Positions 13,417 through 26,543 of a stretch of DNA of 64,000 bases are shown here, one piece after another (the stretch's first letter is position 1; every line of letters begins with the position of its first letter). The DNA is from Ramazzottius varieornatus (Eukaryota > Animalia > Tardigrada), in assembly GCA_001949185.1 (NCBI GenBank), contig BDGG01000001.1, forward strand, positions 448,128-512,127. Reading direction: 5' to 3'. The notes beneath the pieces were generated by a model. It saw only the letters and a program-made list of their open reading frames with translations, ran no database searches and had not been told where the DNA came from. Position numbers and translations under genes: made by a program.

Positions 13417-13553
13417 TACATGAACGACGAGAAATCAATGGGCCAGGCGGAAAATTGGGGATTCAAATTGGGAGAAAAGTGTCGAAAGGTGATTTGCCGT
13501 GAATCAGTCGGTTCGTAATTCTTACTGGACCACGATTTCTCGGCGTGCGTGTA
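13417..13553. mobile_element. TA-CACGCACGA MITE family, copy 2
   Basis: TACAtGaACGAcGaGAAATCAATGGGCCAG ... CGTGCGTGTA. Ends match those of 44832-45032. Confidence 0.6.
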
Positions 13554-14180
13554 CAGGTTAAGGTTGCTCTGGCGCCGGTTAGAAGGAAGAACCGGCAAGA
13601 GAAACTCCATTGGCACTTGAAGGAGCTGGAAGTACCATACAGAAACTTATGTGAACTAGCTCTGACTTCTGCCATGCAAGATCACAAACAGTTACTGACT
13701 TTTGCCATGATATTAAATAAATTAAATTTTATATAGTATCACCGGTTTGCCGGATGTGGTCGAACTACAAACTAGATCTGGCTATCGAAACGTGCTGGTT
13801 CGTTGGCACGACATCCAACCCCTGCGTCGCTTCACGCTTCGTTGATGAACCGGCAGCTCGACCGGCAGTTAACTTCGCACGTCACAGTTGAGTTCTCCTA
13901 AGAAAGATCTGCTCTTACGCTACAGGACAAAAACCCTCCGCCACGTAAGACGTTAAGATCACTCATGAGCTAACACATTCGAGAACAAGCTCGCGCACCC
14001 GGGAAAAAACTGGACCGTAGAAACTTGCAGACTCGGCGGAGAAGCCCGCTGTTCCGTCGACAAAGAAAACAAGCGTCAATTCCGATCGACAAGTTTATCT
14101 CCAAAACTGCAGAAACTTAGTCCGATTCTCCTCGCTTTTCGGAGGTTGACACCCCACATTAGAACCATTCAAAAACTAAA

Positions 14181-14559
14181 ATGAGCATCAACGCCAGGAT
14201 GGATCTTAAGGTGCGCCATCCTGCTGGTCACAATATCGTCTCTGGTCAACGGTGCCCCGATAGCTCAACCGGAACTGGACACGGCGGCCAGCAACAACTA
14301 CGGAGGATGTGGAGGTTGACAAGTGATCATTCTGGATGCCAGCAACGGGTACGGAAGCTACGGACACGGATACAACTACGGAGGGAATTACGGAGGTGGT
14401 TATGACGGCGGATACGGATACGAGCCTCTTGTTGTCGATACACCCAACAGCCAACCCTACTACCCCGAGTACAACGTCCCTCTCTATGGACGCTACACTT
14501 ATCCTGCTCACTCTCCCCATTACGACAACTCCTACAATTCTTACGGAAAGAGCTACTAG
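14181..14559 (+). pseudogene. Small secreted-type Gly/Tyr/Pro-rich (cuticle/eggshell-like) protein, interrupted
   Basis: The frame from 14200 reads WILRCAILLVTISSLVNGAP (signal-like)...NNYGGCGG*QVII...GYGSYGHGYNYGGNYGGG. In-frame TGA at 14317. The ATG at 14181 is out of frame by 1 nt. Confidence 0.5.
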
Positions 14560-15334
14560 ATCCAAAAAGAAAATCCTTACGAACTCCCCGTGGCGAAGCT
14601 GTTCCGTAGCGCGTCAGGCTCGACGATTTCCCTGTTGCGATCGTCATGGAAGAAAACTGCAAATACTGTAACGCGTACGGGTGTTTTTAATTTTTATGCG
14701 ATAAGTTATCGCGCTGGCTTCTTACTGAGGTCTTGTACAGCAGTTTTCGTAGTACAGTAAAAACAAACCCTGGCAGGATGAGCAGGAAACTTGGTCGTTG
14801 CATAACAAAGGAACAAACCAGAAAGGTGTCATTCGACGGGATGTGCAAGATGGTCTCATCTGGGGTGCGGAAGATGATGATCGTGTCGATTACACCTTAA
14901 TTGCGGCTGAAGTTAGAAATTCAGGTTGGAACCGCTGCGTTGCAGTGCACGGTGAAGGCACTTGGTATTGTACGAGTACTGTACATGGACGCATTAATGT
15001 GAACTTCACCATATTACGTGGCTTCAGCTTACCGAATATATCTAGCTTCCGGTTCTTGCCAAAACTATGGACCAGCTCTCTTAACACTGATAACATTATC
15101 AACACGATATAAATCTTCATAAGCATAACGATAACATTTACATACTAGTGAGAAGTGACAGAACCGATAAGCAAGCGTTGGACCGAATGGGGTGATGACA
15201 CTATTGCTTCCCAATGCTATATTCCGACCACGACTCGACACAAACACTCAAGGTGGAACAACACGGTACTTCGGAAACTCAATGCACATTTACCATCGAT
15301 ATCCATTGATCTGACAGTTTACTTTTACTGCACC

Positions 15335-16049
15335 ATGTCTCGACAGTATGTTCCCAAACCTGATGGATTTGACCATCTAAAAGTTTTCGATGCATTCAAC
15401 ATGGCCGCGAGAAACCCGGAAGTCGATGTTGTGTCCTACTTGGATGCCTTTAGTGAGTTGTCGAGGTATGTTCTTCTTTGTTAGGGAGAGAGAGCGGCTT
15501 TTTTGCAGCGCGCGACGTGTTTCTCCCAGGTTTTTCGACATGATGGGAATGCTCTTCGCCACAATGGCGTCGGACATCCGTGACCAGGTCGAGATTATGG
15601 AAAAAATTCTCCGCTCGGAGAAAGGCAGCTATTACCAGACTGTCCGTAGTACCATGGCGTACGAGAAGAGCGAGCCTAGCCTGCTGGAGCCGAAGCGGAA
15701 AGACCAGTCGGGCAGCCGGACCCTTCTTCATCTAAACCGCACCCTGGACTTCTTCGTCCAGTTTCTGACCACGATGGAGACGGTCCCGGACGAGGAGAAG
15801 CTACCGAGGATCTGTCAGCCAGCTTACAAAGCCACGTTGGGCAAGCACCACTCGTGGTTGTTGTCGAAAGCTGCTGGGGCCGCCATTGCCACTCTACCAA
15901 CTAAAGTGGGGCTGTATGAAAAAGTCTCCAAGTATCCGTATCAGCAGACCGCCGAGAACATGACGAGAATGGTCAAAGCCATGACGGAAGTCTTTACAAA
16001 AACTGATACACTCTTTACCGAGAATAATCTACAGAGTCTTCCATTTTAG
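15335..16049 (+). CDS. GLTP-fold lipid transfer protein (CPTP/ACD11/GLTP family)
   Basis: Two exons (intron 15466-15529). YLDAFSELSRFFDMMG..F...SDI, SGSRTLLHLNRTLDF, AYKATLGKHHSW, LPTK. Confidence 0.9.
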
Positions 16050-16340
16050 CCTGTTGGCCATTACTATACTCTTCCCCTATCGGCCGCAACTGCAACAACA
16101 TGATATGCACGCTGCCGTGCCATTGAAGTATGTGCATTAGACAGAAAAGCATTAACATTCCATAAGGCTATCATATGTGGAACATACGAGAAGAATCGGA
16201 AACAAATTCGGGTAAACAGAAACCAACTAAGCACAGTACACTGGGAACTACTGACGAAGAGACAAAGAACCAGCTGTAAGAAGAATATACAATCAGACAA
16301 AGCAAGAAAGGCGACATAGAGGAAATGTGGACAGAAAACT

Positions 16341-18890
16341 CTATAGCAGAGGGTTTGGTGCAGGAGGACCTTCTCGACCTTCCGGACCAGAAAGAGACAT
16401 TCTTGGGGCAGCGGGCGCTGACAAGCGATGCACTATTGGTTGCGCACTCTCGGCAGTCTCTGCCGCCGAGTTGCCAGGGCTACTGGTTTGCCGAACAGGT
16501 TGCTCTGCAGAAGACATCGGTTTGGCTATGAAGAACTCACCGGTTTTTGAACTCCGAATATCCGGCGGCGGTCCCGATGGCGGTGGTGTATCTGGCCGGT
16601 CAAAGGGATTTGTATTAACTTCCGGTGTCCTTCCCGAACTCTGCGAACCTTCTCGAGGCACCCCAGGAGACGATCCAGGTTTCGGTGGTTGATTGGAAGC
16701 GGACTGTTCCCGTTCACGTACTCTCCGACACTCCGCTGCTGCTATGGACATTTCCCTTTGTCGTCTTTCCGAGGCGGCTGAAAGTTCCCGTTCCCTTTGC
16801 GTGAAAGGTACGGTGCCTTGAATTTCCCCCTTGGAGTTTAAATTCTCGTTCGGGAGGTTTCTTTGTCTGACCTGCTCTGTGCCAGCGGGAGAAGCTGCAC
16901 TGCCCGAAGTTCTAGCAGCTCCACTTTGTCGTGTCAGTGAAATCTCCTTTTCCCGTGTGACCGAGTTGACCAGTTCCTGAGAAGGTCTCCTCAAAGCTGA
17001 AACAGGTGTCTCCCACGACGGTTGTCTGTCTGGAGGCTTACCATCGCGGCTCTGCCTCGATAAGCTGTTTCTCTGTACGGCGGAAGTCGTACTGGATATC
17101 TGCCGTTGTACGTCGGCTTGAATTTCCGCAGTAACGTCAGACTGGGCACTGGACGTACGCGTGCCACCGGGTAACTCAGGCTGGCCTGTCACGTCTATTG
17201 GTACCGAAGTCTTGGACATCAACTGCGGACCGATGGAGTACGGTACGGAGTCTCGTTGTTCGGACCGCCCAGTGCCAACTCCGACGTCCAGTGACGGTTG
17301 GTGCTCATCCTCGGTCTGCGTTTGCTCGATTGTTTCCAGATCCGCCGTAGCGGAAACTAGAAGCTTCTTCCGCTCCAAGTGGTCGCGCAATGTTTCCAGG
17401 CCTATTGAACGAGAAGCGAGGTCGGTAACGTCCGTATCTACCGCACATCCGGACGGAAGCTGCGGAGCACATTCTGGCTCCCACGGGCAGGGTTCATTCG
17501 GGCGGTAAGGCTGGAACGTGGAGGAATGAGCTGGGACTGTCTCTTTACAGACTTTAATGGTCATCTCTGTAACATCGTCTGTGACCTGAGCAGAGTCTGT
17601 CTTAGGCTTCTGCTTACGCAGTTTCAAAGTTCGACAACGTTCGGTGGTCTTGGCGATGACATTCTTGACTTGTAGGCTAGCGTTGGAAAGGCTGTTGCTT
17701 ACTTGGAAGACGCCATGATGTAAAGCTCGAGGGCCTTGAATGAGGAACGAGTATTTGGCGATGGTGTCATCAGGTTCAGAAGAACCGTCTTGGGCTTCTT
17801 TATCACAAAATACAAAGATGAAAATGCACAGGACTTCCAGCAAGAGCATGGCGACGGCGGCCACGAAGATGGCCATGAAGAGGCTGCTGTAAGCGCTTCG
17901 GTTGGCCATGTCTTGTGTGTAACCCATGCCAGCTTCGTAAGCTAACGCCATGGCAGTTTGGATATTGGAGACTTTCATCACGTCGCTGCTGGGAAGAGGA
18001 AGAATGGCCGAAGTGGTGGTGGTGCAGTTGAAAACCCGCGCCAGACTTTCGATGTAAGCTGAAAAGACAACCAAGCCATTCAATCCGGAAGTATAATCGA
18101 GTCAAATCGACAACTGCCATTACCAGGAAATACGCCCCCCAAACGTTCCCGAACAAGTGGCGCACTGTGCATGCGTTCTGTGCGCCACTCACTTCACCCA
18201 TCGAACTAGCGCGGTCTGAACAAATATCCAGATGGAAAGTGCGCCACTCAGAGAATTTAGATCACTTCGGTTAGCCGGAAGTTCCAAGCGCGTGTCAAAA
18301 TCTCGGCTCCCAAGCGTGGTGCCCCCCTTAACAGATATATGAGGGGTCTGGGGTTTCAGCACGGCTTTGTACAGGGCCTCAAAAATTTTGGTCTTCCACG
18401 GGGAGACAAGTCTACTGGCCGGCCCGCGCTTGGGAAGTTCCGTTGAATTTGAAATTTTCCGCTTGACACGCGGTAGTTTGTTGGCCATCACTGGTTGAAA
18501 GATTACGTGGCGTGTCAAATCTGTTGTCTTACGCTTTTTTGGTTGTGTCGGATGGCGGAAATTATACTCCGCGTACACTCCCGCAATCTTCGTTTGTGTA
18601 TGGATTCTCTCCAGAGCAATCTGGCGATTACAGATGAGGATAATAATCCAAACAATGACTAGACTGACCATTGTCCCCATCAGGAAGCACAGCGCAGCTC
18701 CAGCCAATACGTAGCCATGATCGGCCAGGAATAACATCTTGCTATCGGTAGCTTTTACACGTTGTAAATGAGATAATAACCTATCATCCTCGGTATCCTG
18801 CCCATGGCCTTGGACACCCATCGTACGGGTAGCCGCGGTTTGTGGCTTAGAATGGGCATCATCACGTCGATTGCCACGCTCCTCGCTCAT
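16341..18890 (-). CDS. Uncharacterised membrane protein with a long disordered Ser/Pro/Arg-rich C-terminus
   Basis: 580-aa and 242-aa ORFs, each with a hydrophobic TM-like stretch. Plausible splice sites at about 18191 (GTGAGT) and 18060. Exon structure uncertain. Confidence 0.55.
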
Positions 18891-19147
18891 GACATTCCTC
18901 CGGCCTGTCACTACCAATTATCCCAGATTTGCCTGTAACCAACGTAACACCATCAATCTTAACCTCTATCGTCTTATGCTCACATCTTTAGTTTACTATC
19001 ACCGCAAAGAACCAATCAGTAACGTCAAGGCGTAAGAACAGTCTACATAAACAAGGAAGCAAAACAGCTCTCCTGACAAATTAAGAGTGGCTAAAAAATC
19101 ACTCAAGCAAAATAGTCATGAAAATCTTCCGTCAAATTCCATCTTCC

Positions 19148-20521
19148 TCAAACATCACTCTTCAGAACCACGGGAGGCAGTCTGCGCATGGAAGTTACGA
19201 CTGTAGTAGTATGAAGTTCCGAGTTCATGCCCATTTCTTTCTTCCTGTCCACCCTCTGACAAAACTGCACCAGGTTTTGGTGTCTGTGGACAAGTTCGGT
19301 CAAGTTACCTTCGGGAAGCTTCGAGGTCAGTAGCGCAGTCAGGTGGCCGTAGACTAACGCGTCCAGCTCGTTCGTGTTCCTGAAGCAAGACACACCTGTC
19401 ATTCGACACCTTGTTTGGGGAGCAGATATGAATGGACGGACTTACAAGTCGTCAAGAAAGTAAGGACGAGGACCCAGTCTTTCGCTGAGAGCCTTCATGT
19501 CGCTGTTCAGACTTTCCCTGACATCGTCCATCGAAGCCAAAGGGGAATTTTCTGTTAGGAAAGCTTTAATCTGAACTCTCTTGAGTAGCGGCAAAATCTT
19601 GTTCAGGGGGAAGGGATAGGGCGAACCATAGCGCGGCGCAGTAACGGACCGGAAGTTGGTATCGTCGACCCACGCCGCGTAAAGCTAAAAAAATCCCGCT
19701 TTGACTCAGAAGAAAAGGGAAGCAAGCTCCGTATTATGAAGAACATGATCTTCGTCAATTTAAACATTCCAAACCGCGTGTCAGTCAAAAACTTCCAATA
19801 AACTTCGGAATTTTTGCAAGCTCACCTCGGCATTTCGGACTGTTACATTGATCATCTCCACGTACGGTCTGATTGCGCTCTCCTGCTCGCTTGTCAGCTG
19901 TTTCCGGATCTAAAACCCACACAGGGCGCTCAGCCACTGATTTCAAAGAGGTGCTGCGAAGAAAGAAGTTACCCGTAGCCGAGCGTAGGTTGTGATGGCA
20001 TCGAAGCCAGCGACGAAATGGTCGTCGATCTTCAAAAGGGGAAGCTTGGCTGTCACCGACATATATTCCGCGTTCGGTCTTTCGTCTGCAATAAGAAAAG
20101 AACGATGACCATACGCTCGCAGACTTCTGGAGATCTGCCCAACGTACCAAGTGTGAAGTTGAGGCCGTGCATTCGGAGGAAAGCTTGTGTCGCGAGACAT
20201 TCTGCCTGTTCGTGGAGCGTCACCTGACTAGCTGTAACCACAATAGGAAGCATCACACATGCTTCGCCGTTAGATACATCTTCCGTAAAGCATCTGCTGG
20301 ACTTACATAAAAGCGGGACGCAGAGGATAACGTTCTGCGGCCATGGAAGATCCCCTGAAAACAGCACGAATAGGGAGACTCAACGTGCAGGCTAGGATTG
20401 ATTGTTGATTAACCGCCCATTCCGTTCTAACTTCCGGTTGCTTACCTGAGCTGATTACGACTTCCACCGTGTCCTCCACCAGATCCGATGTGAACATGAA
20501 GGGCTTGAGAAGGAACTCCAT
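19148..20521 (-). CDS. MTX2: Metaxin-2 (mitochondrial outer membrane, GST-like)
   Basis: EQAECLATQAFLRM, PNAEYMSVTAKLP, RYGSPYPFPLN, LSERLG..YF and ELDALVYGHL across several exons. Confidence 0.9.
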
Positions 20522-20709
20522 TGCGAGCAGTAAATACCACAGTTTCTTTAAAAAAGAGATCCAGAACGCGGAGCGAGAGGGAAGTTGGGGCTCGACTGTT
20601 GGGCCAAACTTGCAAAAGGCAGCTCAGCAAATCAACGAACAATCAAGCGTACACAGCACGATATAGTCTCCACTTCAACGAATAAAACTCACTTTGTGAG
20701 GTAACTCAA

Positions 20710-20781
20710 GCTCGTGTCGTCTAATGGCAAGACGTTGGCCTCCGAAGCCAAAGAGTGTGGGTTCGAGTCCCATCACGGGCG
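20710..20781 (+). tRNA. tRNA-Arg(CCG)
   Basis: Cloverleaf: GCTCGTG/CACGGGC acceptor stem, GTCT/AGAC D-arm, TTGGC-CT CCG AA-GCCAA anticodon arm, GTGGG-TTCGAGT-CCCAT T-arm. A TTTTT Pol III terminator follows. Confidence 0.95.
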
Positions 20782-21251
20782 ACTTTTTGGTCTTTCCCCA
20801 CCCTAATAAAATATGCAGTTGCAACCCGCCCCTCGCTTCCTTTAGTCCAATGCTTTAATTTTTGGAAACATGGATTTTTCGGATGTTGTTTTTCTTGGGA
20901 TTCTTTCGGACTGACCTGGGTCCGTTGACTCCGTGCGTTTGAGCTGCGCCAGGCTCATCGTCCGGGAATCTCTACTTCCGGCCCTCGCAGGTGAAGTGGA
21001 GCTGTTGCGCATTCCCTGAGTGCATCAGAGTGACTGACACAGACTGCTTGCTGGTGACCCTAGGGGCTCCTGTGGACGTCGAGGGCGAACCTCAATTTCC
21101 AAAACCACAACACAAAAGAAAACTAATCCATTTCGTAACGGTCGGAGTGACGTTTTCCGCAATCAGTTTTCCTTCAGTCTCTGTCGGCAGAGTCTCGCCG
21201 CAAGATCCAGATTGTTTCGTTCATGCAATCTCAGACCATTCTCTGTCAAGG

Positions 21252-24200
21252 ATGGAAGGTTGTATCCTTGGCTTCTTGTTTCATTCGATTATGTTCCTTC
21301 TAGCCTGAGCAAACTCATTTTGAATCCTACCTTCTCTTTGACAGGTGAGCATCACAGCGCCAATGGTCCACTGTGCCGTTTCGTCTTCCTAGAAGACGGT
21401 CTTCACACTGCCCTCATGGCAGAAGCGGTGGCGAATCTGAAGGGACGCCTGCTGCAGAAAGAGGAGAAGAAGCATTGGCTCGCCCTGGCAGAAAGAGGAG
21501 AAATTCCGGTTGGTGATCGTCTCGTCCTCATCGCAGCTGACTTCTCCGATGCCTTCTTCCAGAAGTTGCGTTCCAAGCTCAAGACACCCTCGGCTCGTCT
21601 CTCCATGATCGGTCCCCCTGTCCTGTTACAGTGTGCTGGGCGAGACGAGAAGATACCTAAAACAGTGCGTCCTCTGTACAATAACTTGATGCACGGTGTG
21701 GTTGTCATTTTCAGCGGTTTCGACGAGGCTTCGGCGCTGGCGGAGCTGTCGGACATGGTGCATTACATGGGTGGCAAAGTGACGGACAAGTTTCACCAGA
21801 CGGGGACGCTGAAGCCGACGCATCTGGTGGCGAGGTGGCTGCTGAGTGATAAGTATCAGTCTGCCTTCAATTTTGGCTCGTGTCACATCGTCAAGGAAGA
21901 ATGGATCAAGGTGTGCTGGAGTAGACGCGATGAGATGCACCTTGATAAGAAGAAGACCCAGCTGACGCAGGATAAAGATTTCTTGAAGCAGTTTAGACTC
22001 AAGCCTTTTCATGGACTCAAGATTTGCCTGATTGGCTTCGACGATAGCGAAAAGATTAGCATTAAAGAACTGGTCCAACAAAACGACGGACAGGTGGTCG
22101 ATACCATCGATCATAACACCACCCACATCGTCGTCGAGGAAAAGAAAGACTCGGAAGTGCAAGTAAGACACTCTCTTTTCTCGTGTTATCCACAAAAGTC
22201 TCCGAAAAGCTCAAAAACCCCGAGGAAATGTCCACGTTCAAATTTGACAAAATTCGATCTTCCGTTTATTACCTCGTGGTCCTTGTTCGTGAAACGCGCA
22301 TCTATGCTTGTCGGACCGGGTGGAAATTTACGGATGCTTGTTTTGCTGGGTTGATGTGGAGATACGCTTTCGCAGCGGTTTATTATGGCTTTTCTCGTTT
22401 TAGCAAACGACGGAAGTGCACGATACGATGAGGGATGGCAAGAACGTGAAGGAGCTGTACGTGACTATCACGTTGAACGGTGGAGAAAAGGCCAGTATCG
22501 TCTTGGAGGCGGGCAAGCAATCGCTGGTCCGCTCAGACTGGTTCTGGACATGTCTCAAGCTCGACCACTACGCCAACCCCGATGCCTTCTCTCTGCTGGA
22601 TCCTTCTCGTCTAGCTTCCAGGTACGAACTCTCATCCTAGGTTACGGCCAGAGGTTGGATCTGCTTGTCGGAAAATTCTGAGTACGGTCAGCAACATCGT
22701 TTTTCCGAATGGTGCGCTCTTCCAGTCAATATCACCGAGAATTTGAGCCACTTTTTGCGCCACTTGAGAAGCAAACAACGCGACAAGGCTGTTCTTTCAA
22801 GTGGCGCATCCTTTTAGCAGTACCACTGGAGACGTGCGCCACATGGGAAGCCTATCTTGTCGGATTTGTTTACCGATCTGCCATTTTATAGTCTCATTTC
22901 CCAATGATTTTTTTCCCAGGTTCATTCCGTTGAAAGATGAGCAGTCCAGTGGTTCCAGAGGAAGGTCGCGTCTGTCTGCCGTCGCCGAGTTCGACTCGCC
23001 CTCGTCAGGATGTTCGGGTCCGCCTTCGAACAACTCAAGCTTCGACATCCTTGGATCCCGCCTGCACTTCGGCAAACTGTCCGCTAGGTCTTCGTCGAAT
23101 CTGGCTAGCCTCGTCGCACCCGTCATCTCAAAGCGACAACACACGGTCCTTGAGATGAGGGACACTGAGGAAAAGTACGTTAAGAGCCTCGGTGACATCC
23201 TCAAGCTTTGCGATAACGCCACCAACAACATCGAAGGAGGTTTGTGTAGAGGTGTTCGATACGTTCGTGATTGCTCTTCTTTGTTTTCTTTTGGCAAAAC
23301 AATGGCAAAATTCGCCATCGTTTCTCACAGCCGGAAATAGCATGGATAAGAAGACGAAAGTTGTGAATGGAAGCACGGCCTTGTTGGGCGTTGGTCGTCA
23401 GACAAGGCCGTGCTGGAAGTGATTTCCTGTTTTATTGAATTATTCTCTGGCTTATTGAAACTTGGTTGAAAATGGTTTTCCTCTCGGCGTTTTTGTAGGT
23501 TCTTATCTGGACGAAGATGCAGGTAGCCGACTGCAAGAGCACATGAAAGGAATCAGGGAGATGATTGTCATTCACCGCAGTGTTCGCGGAGAGCTGACCG
23601 AGTTGACGTCACACTGGACCGAGGGAGCGCCGGTGGGCAGTATCTTCCTGCGGTGCGGTCGGTCGTTGGAGGAGCTGTACCCACCCTTCGTCAACAACCA
23701 TGACAAGATTCGAAAGTTCATTTCTGACTGTGAGAAACGCTTCCCGCGCTTTCGAGCCTTCCTCAAACTGGCCGAGAAAGATCCGCTGTACGATCGACAA
23801 CATCTCATGGACTTACTGACCAGACCTGTTCAGCGTCTACCTTCAGTGAAACTACTGCTGAAAGACTTGAGAAAGCGCACGGAAGACGGTAACACAAACA
23901 GCCAATTTTTTCAGTTTCCGGCACGACCTTGTATCAAGACTTCCGCGCAGTCGAGGCCGTGCCGGAATATTTTTCCGAATTTCGGTCTCTGGAATTGTCA
24001 AGTGCTAAACTGAACCGTTGAAACGTTTTTCAGGTAACAGAGATGCGCATGAATTAGACAAGGCCATCCTGGAGATCGAGCGCGTTCTTCATCTGATCAA
24101 CGACGGCAAGCGCAACACGGAAGTGCAGGAGATGCTCAACGGCATCGAGAATATCCCGCACGACCTGTTGTCATCTTCGGCGACCTCGGGCTACATCGCT

Positions 24201-25210
24201 CACCTGGACTGTGTCGAGCTGGCTAGCCATCAGTTTCACGAGAAGTACGCATGTGTGACGCTGATCCTCTTCAACGACGCTTTGGAAGTGGCCAAGAAAC
24301 GTAGCCAAGCCAAGAAGGTAACCTCTTCCACAAAATAATAAAGCAGCGATTTTGATTTGTGGAAGATCGAATCAGTATTTTGATCGAACTTAGCAAATGG
24401 AAAAAACTGAGAATAATGACTGAAGAAAGCAAATGTTTAGGAGAAATTTCGAAATATAAGTCAAATCAAAATGAAATTGAGAATTCGGGCTTGTCAACTG
24501 GCGCAATCTCTCAGCCGACAACACCGGAAACGTGCGTCTTTGGGGACAACAGTCTGTCGAGAGCTGGTTTGCCGGGCTCCCGAATTTTTCACTGGAATTT
24601 CGCTCAACATTTCTTCTAAGCTACTCTTGTGACATTTGAGGCAGCAGTGGTTTAACCTGAGTCAATTGAACTTTTGGTTGTGTTTTTATCGCAGAGTCAG
24701 GATGAGAATGGCGCCAAGAAGCCGCACAAGCATCTGCAGTTCCTGCCGTTGATTCGTCTGAAAGAGATCGCTTCCATCCACGATGAAGAGCAAGTCAAGG
24801 GTGTCTTCGTCCTGAAGCTTCTCGTTGAGGCTTCCCACGAGAACACGTCGGAACATTCCTACAAATTTGCATGTGTGCCCGAGTACTGCGAGCTCAAGGC
24901 CAAGTTTCTCTCCCAACTCGCCACTCAAGTCTCCAGCAGCACCTGCCAGTCCACGGAGGTAAAGAAAGCCTATGCTGACGATTTCGATATCAAGAGCAGT
25001 GACGTCCCAAAGAACGAGTGGGAGAAGATTGGGCGGAAGGTGCGCCGAGAGGTGTCCATCAGGTTCTCCACACAGGGGCTCAAGTCCTCTGGACAGAAAC
25101 TGAAGAGAGCTGTCTCGACGGCCTTCTTGACGCCAGCCAAGCTTCTGGATGGGGAAAGAGCCGAAGCGGAACAGGATCACAGCTCGCCCATGAAACTCTT
25201 CCGACGGTAG
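21252..25210 (+). CDS. ECT2: ECT2/Pebble RhoGEF (BRCT repeats + DH + PH)
   Basis: BRCT motifs RPLYNNLMHGVVVIFSGF, KPFHGLKICLIGF and VRSDWFW. DH motifs TEEKYV and RQHLMDLLTRPVQRLPSVKLLL. PH motif LFNDALEVAKKR. Start codon inferred. Confidence 0.9.
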
Positions 25211-26543
25211 TTCCGTCGTAGATGATCCCGTAACGGTAAACTGGGCAAGCCTATCGGTTTCACGCTTTCGCATACATTGTGTTGTAGTTATCGTGCTGTT
25301 CGGAGTATGTAGGTGCACAAGCGACGTAATTTGATAACGATACTTCCATGCCCCCGCATACAAACGCATCGTGTTGTACGCAGGGCTTGGCGTATGCAGG
25401 TCTGCGCCGATTCTGAAAAACAGGTCTGCCATTCATCGTTCTAATTTGCAGGTAATTTATATCATTCCCTCATTCGTTTCATGCGAGTAACTCCTCATCT
25501 TTTCATTGCTTTCATCAAGCATGGTGGTGGACCAAGTCGTAAGAAGTTTCTGCTCATGTTGCTGACCAAAACTTATATTCATATTGCCTCGCACGTTTTT
25601 TACGCCCAAGCACACTGTTACAATTTGCTGCCATACGGTTATGCCTGTGTTTTTTATCGATATGAAATTATAAGGTTTGATGATAATGTTTGCTGCACTG
25701 TTTTTGGGTTTTCTGATTCTTGCATAAGCTACTGTAATTAGAAAATTTTATTGTATAAAAAGGATTAGTTCTTGGAGAATCTCGCCATAAATCATGTTCA
25801 TCTTTCGGCATCGGTGGTCTGTAATTTGTAACGTTGAGGGGAGGTGTGAGTAAGCGACACTCTGGTGTTGTTTGAGTAGAACCAACTGAGGCCAGAAAGT
25901 TGCTCGGTGGCATTGTTATGAGCTGTCGAAACGAGCCAGCTCAAAGGCCAGCGTGTCTCGCGAAACATCATTCTGTTTCCGTGGATGACAAATCTCGTTA
26001 CTGCAGATAGATACTCTCGTTTATCACACTCATTTTTACACTTGTGCAGCGGCAAGCACTTGAAAGACCGTGTTTATTCGCCAAAGTGGTCGACGGAACC
26101 TCCATTTGAAATCCAGACGTATTATCCGGTTCATGATGCCATGGAGCTCTGTAATGCAGGGCCGTGCCGAGACGATCCTGCCTGTGACGCCCTGCGCGAG
26201 CCCATCCAAAGTGGACTTTCAACGTCAAACAGACTTTTATGGGTCTTTCAGCATTCGAGCGTGTAAACCAGTTGATTTCATAACTTATTGAGGACATGGA
26301 ATGGAACACTAGGATTCAAAACTGCAGGAAAGTGTTTCAAAAAGGAAAGTTTTGAAAAATACCACAACGTCAGAATGGCTGTTGAGGAATGAACGGGACA
26401 TGGAACCAATCAACCTGGAAAGCTGCTGCGGAAGAAATGACTTGAGAAGTTGCTATCAGAGCGCCACACAGTATCATAATATTACAAAATGAACAACAAA
26501 CGTGACGTCCAGGCGGAAAGGCCACGAGCTGTCAAGGAAGTTC

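Noticed and set aside
25985-26266. 93-aa Cys-containing ORF between ECT2 and cofilin
   Set aside because: There is an upstream in-frame stop and no assignable family; it may be a gene relic.
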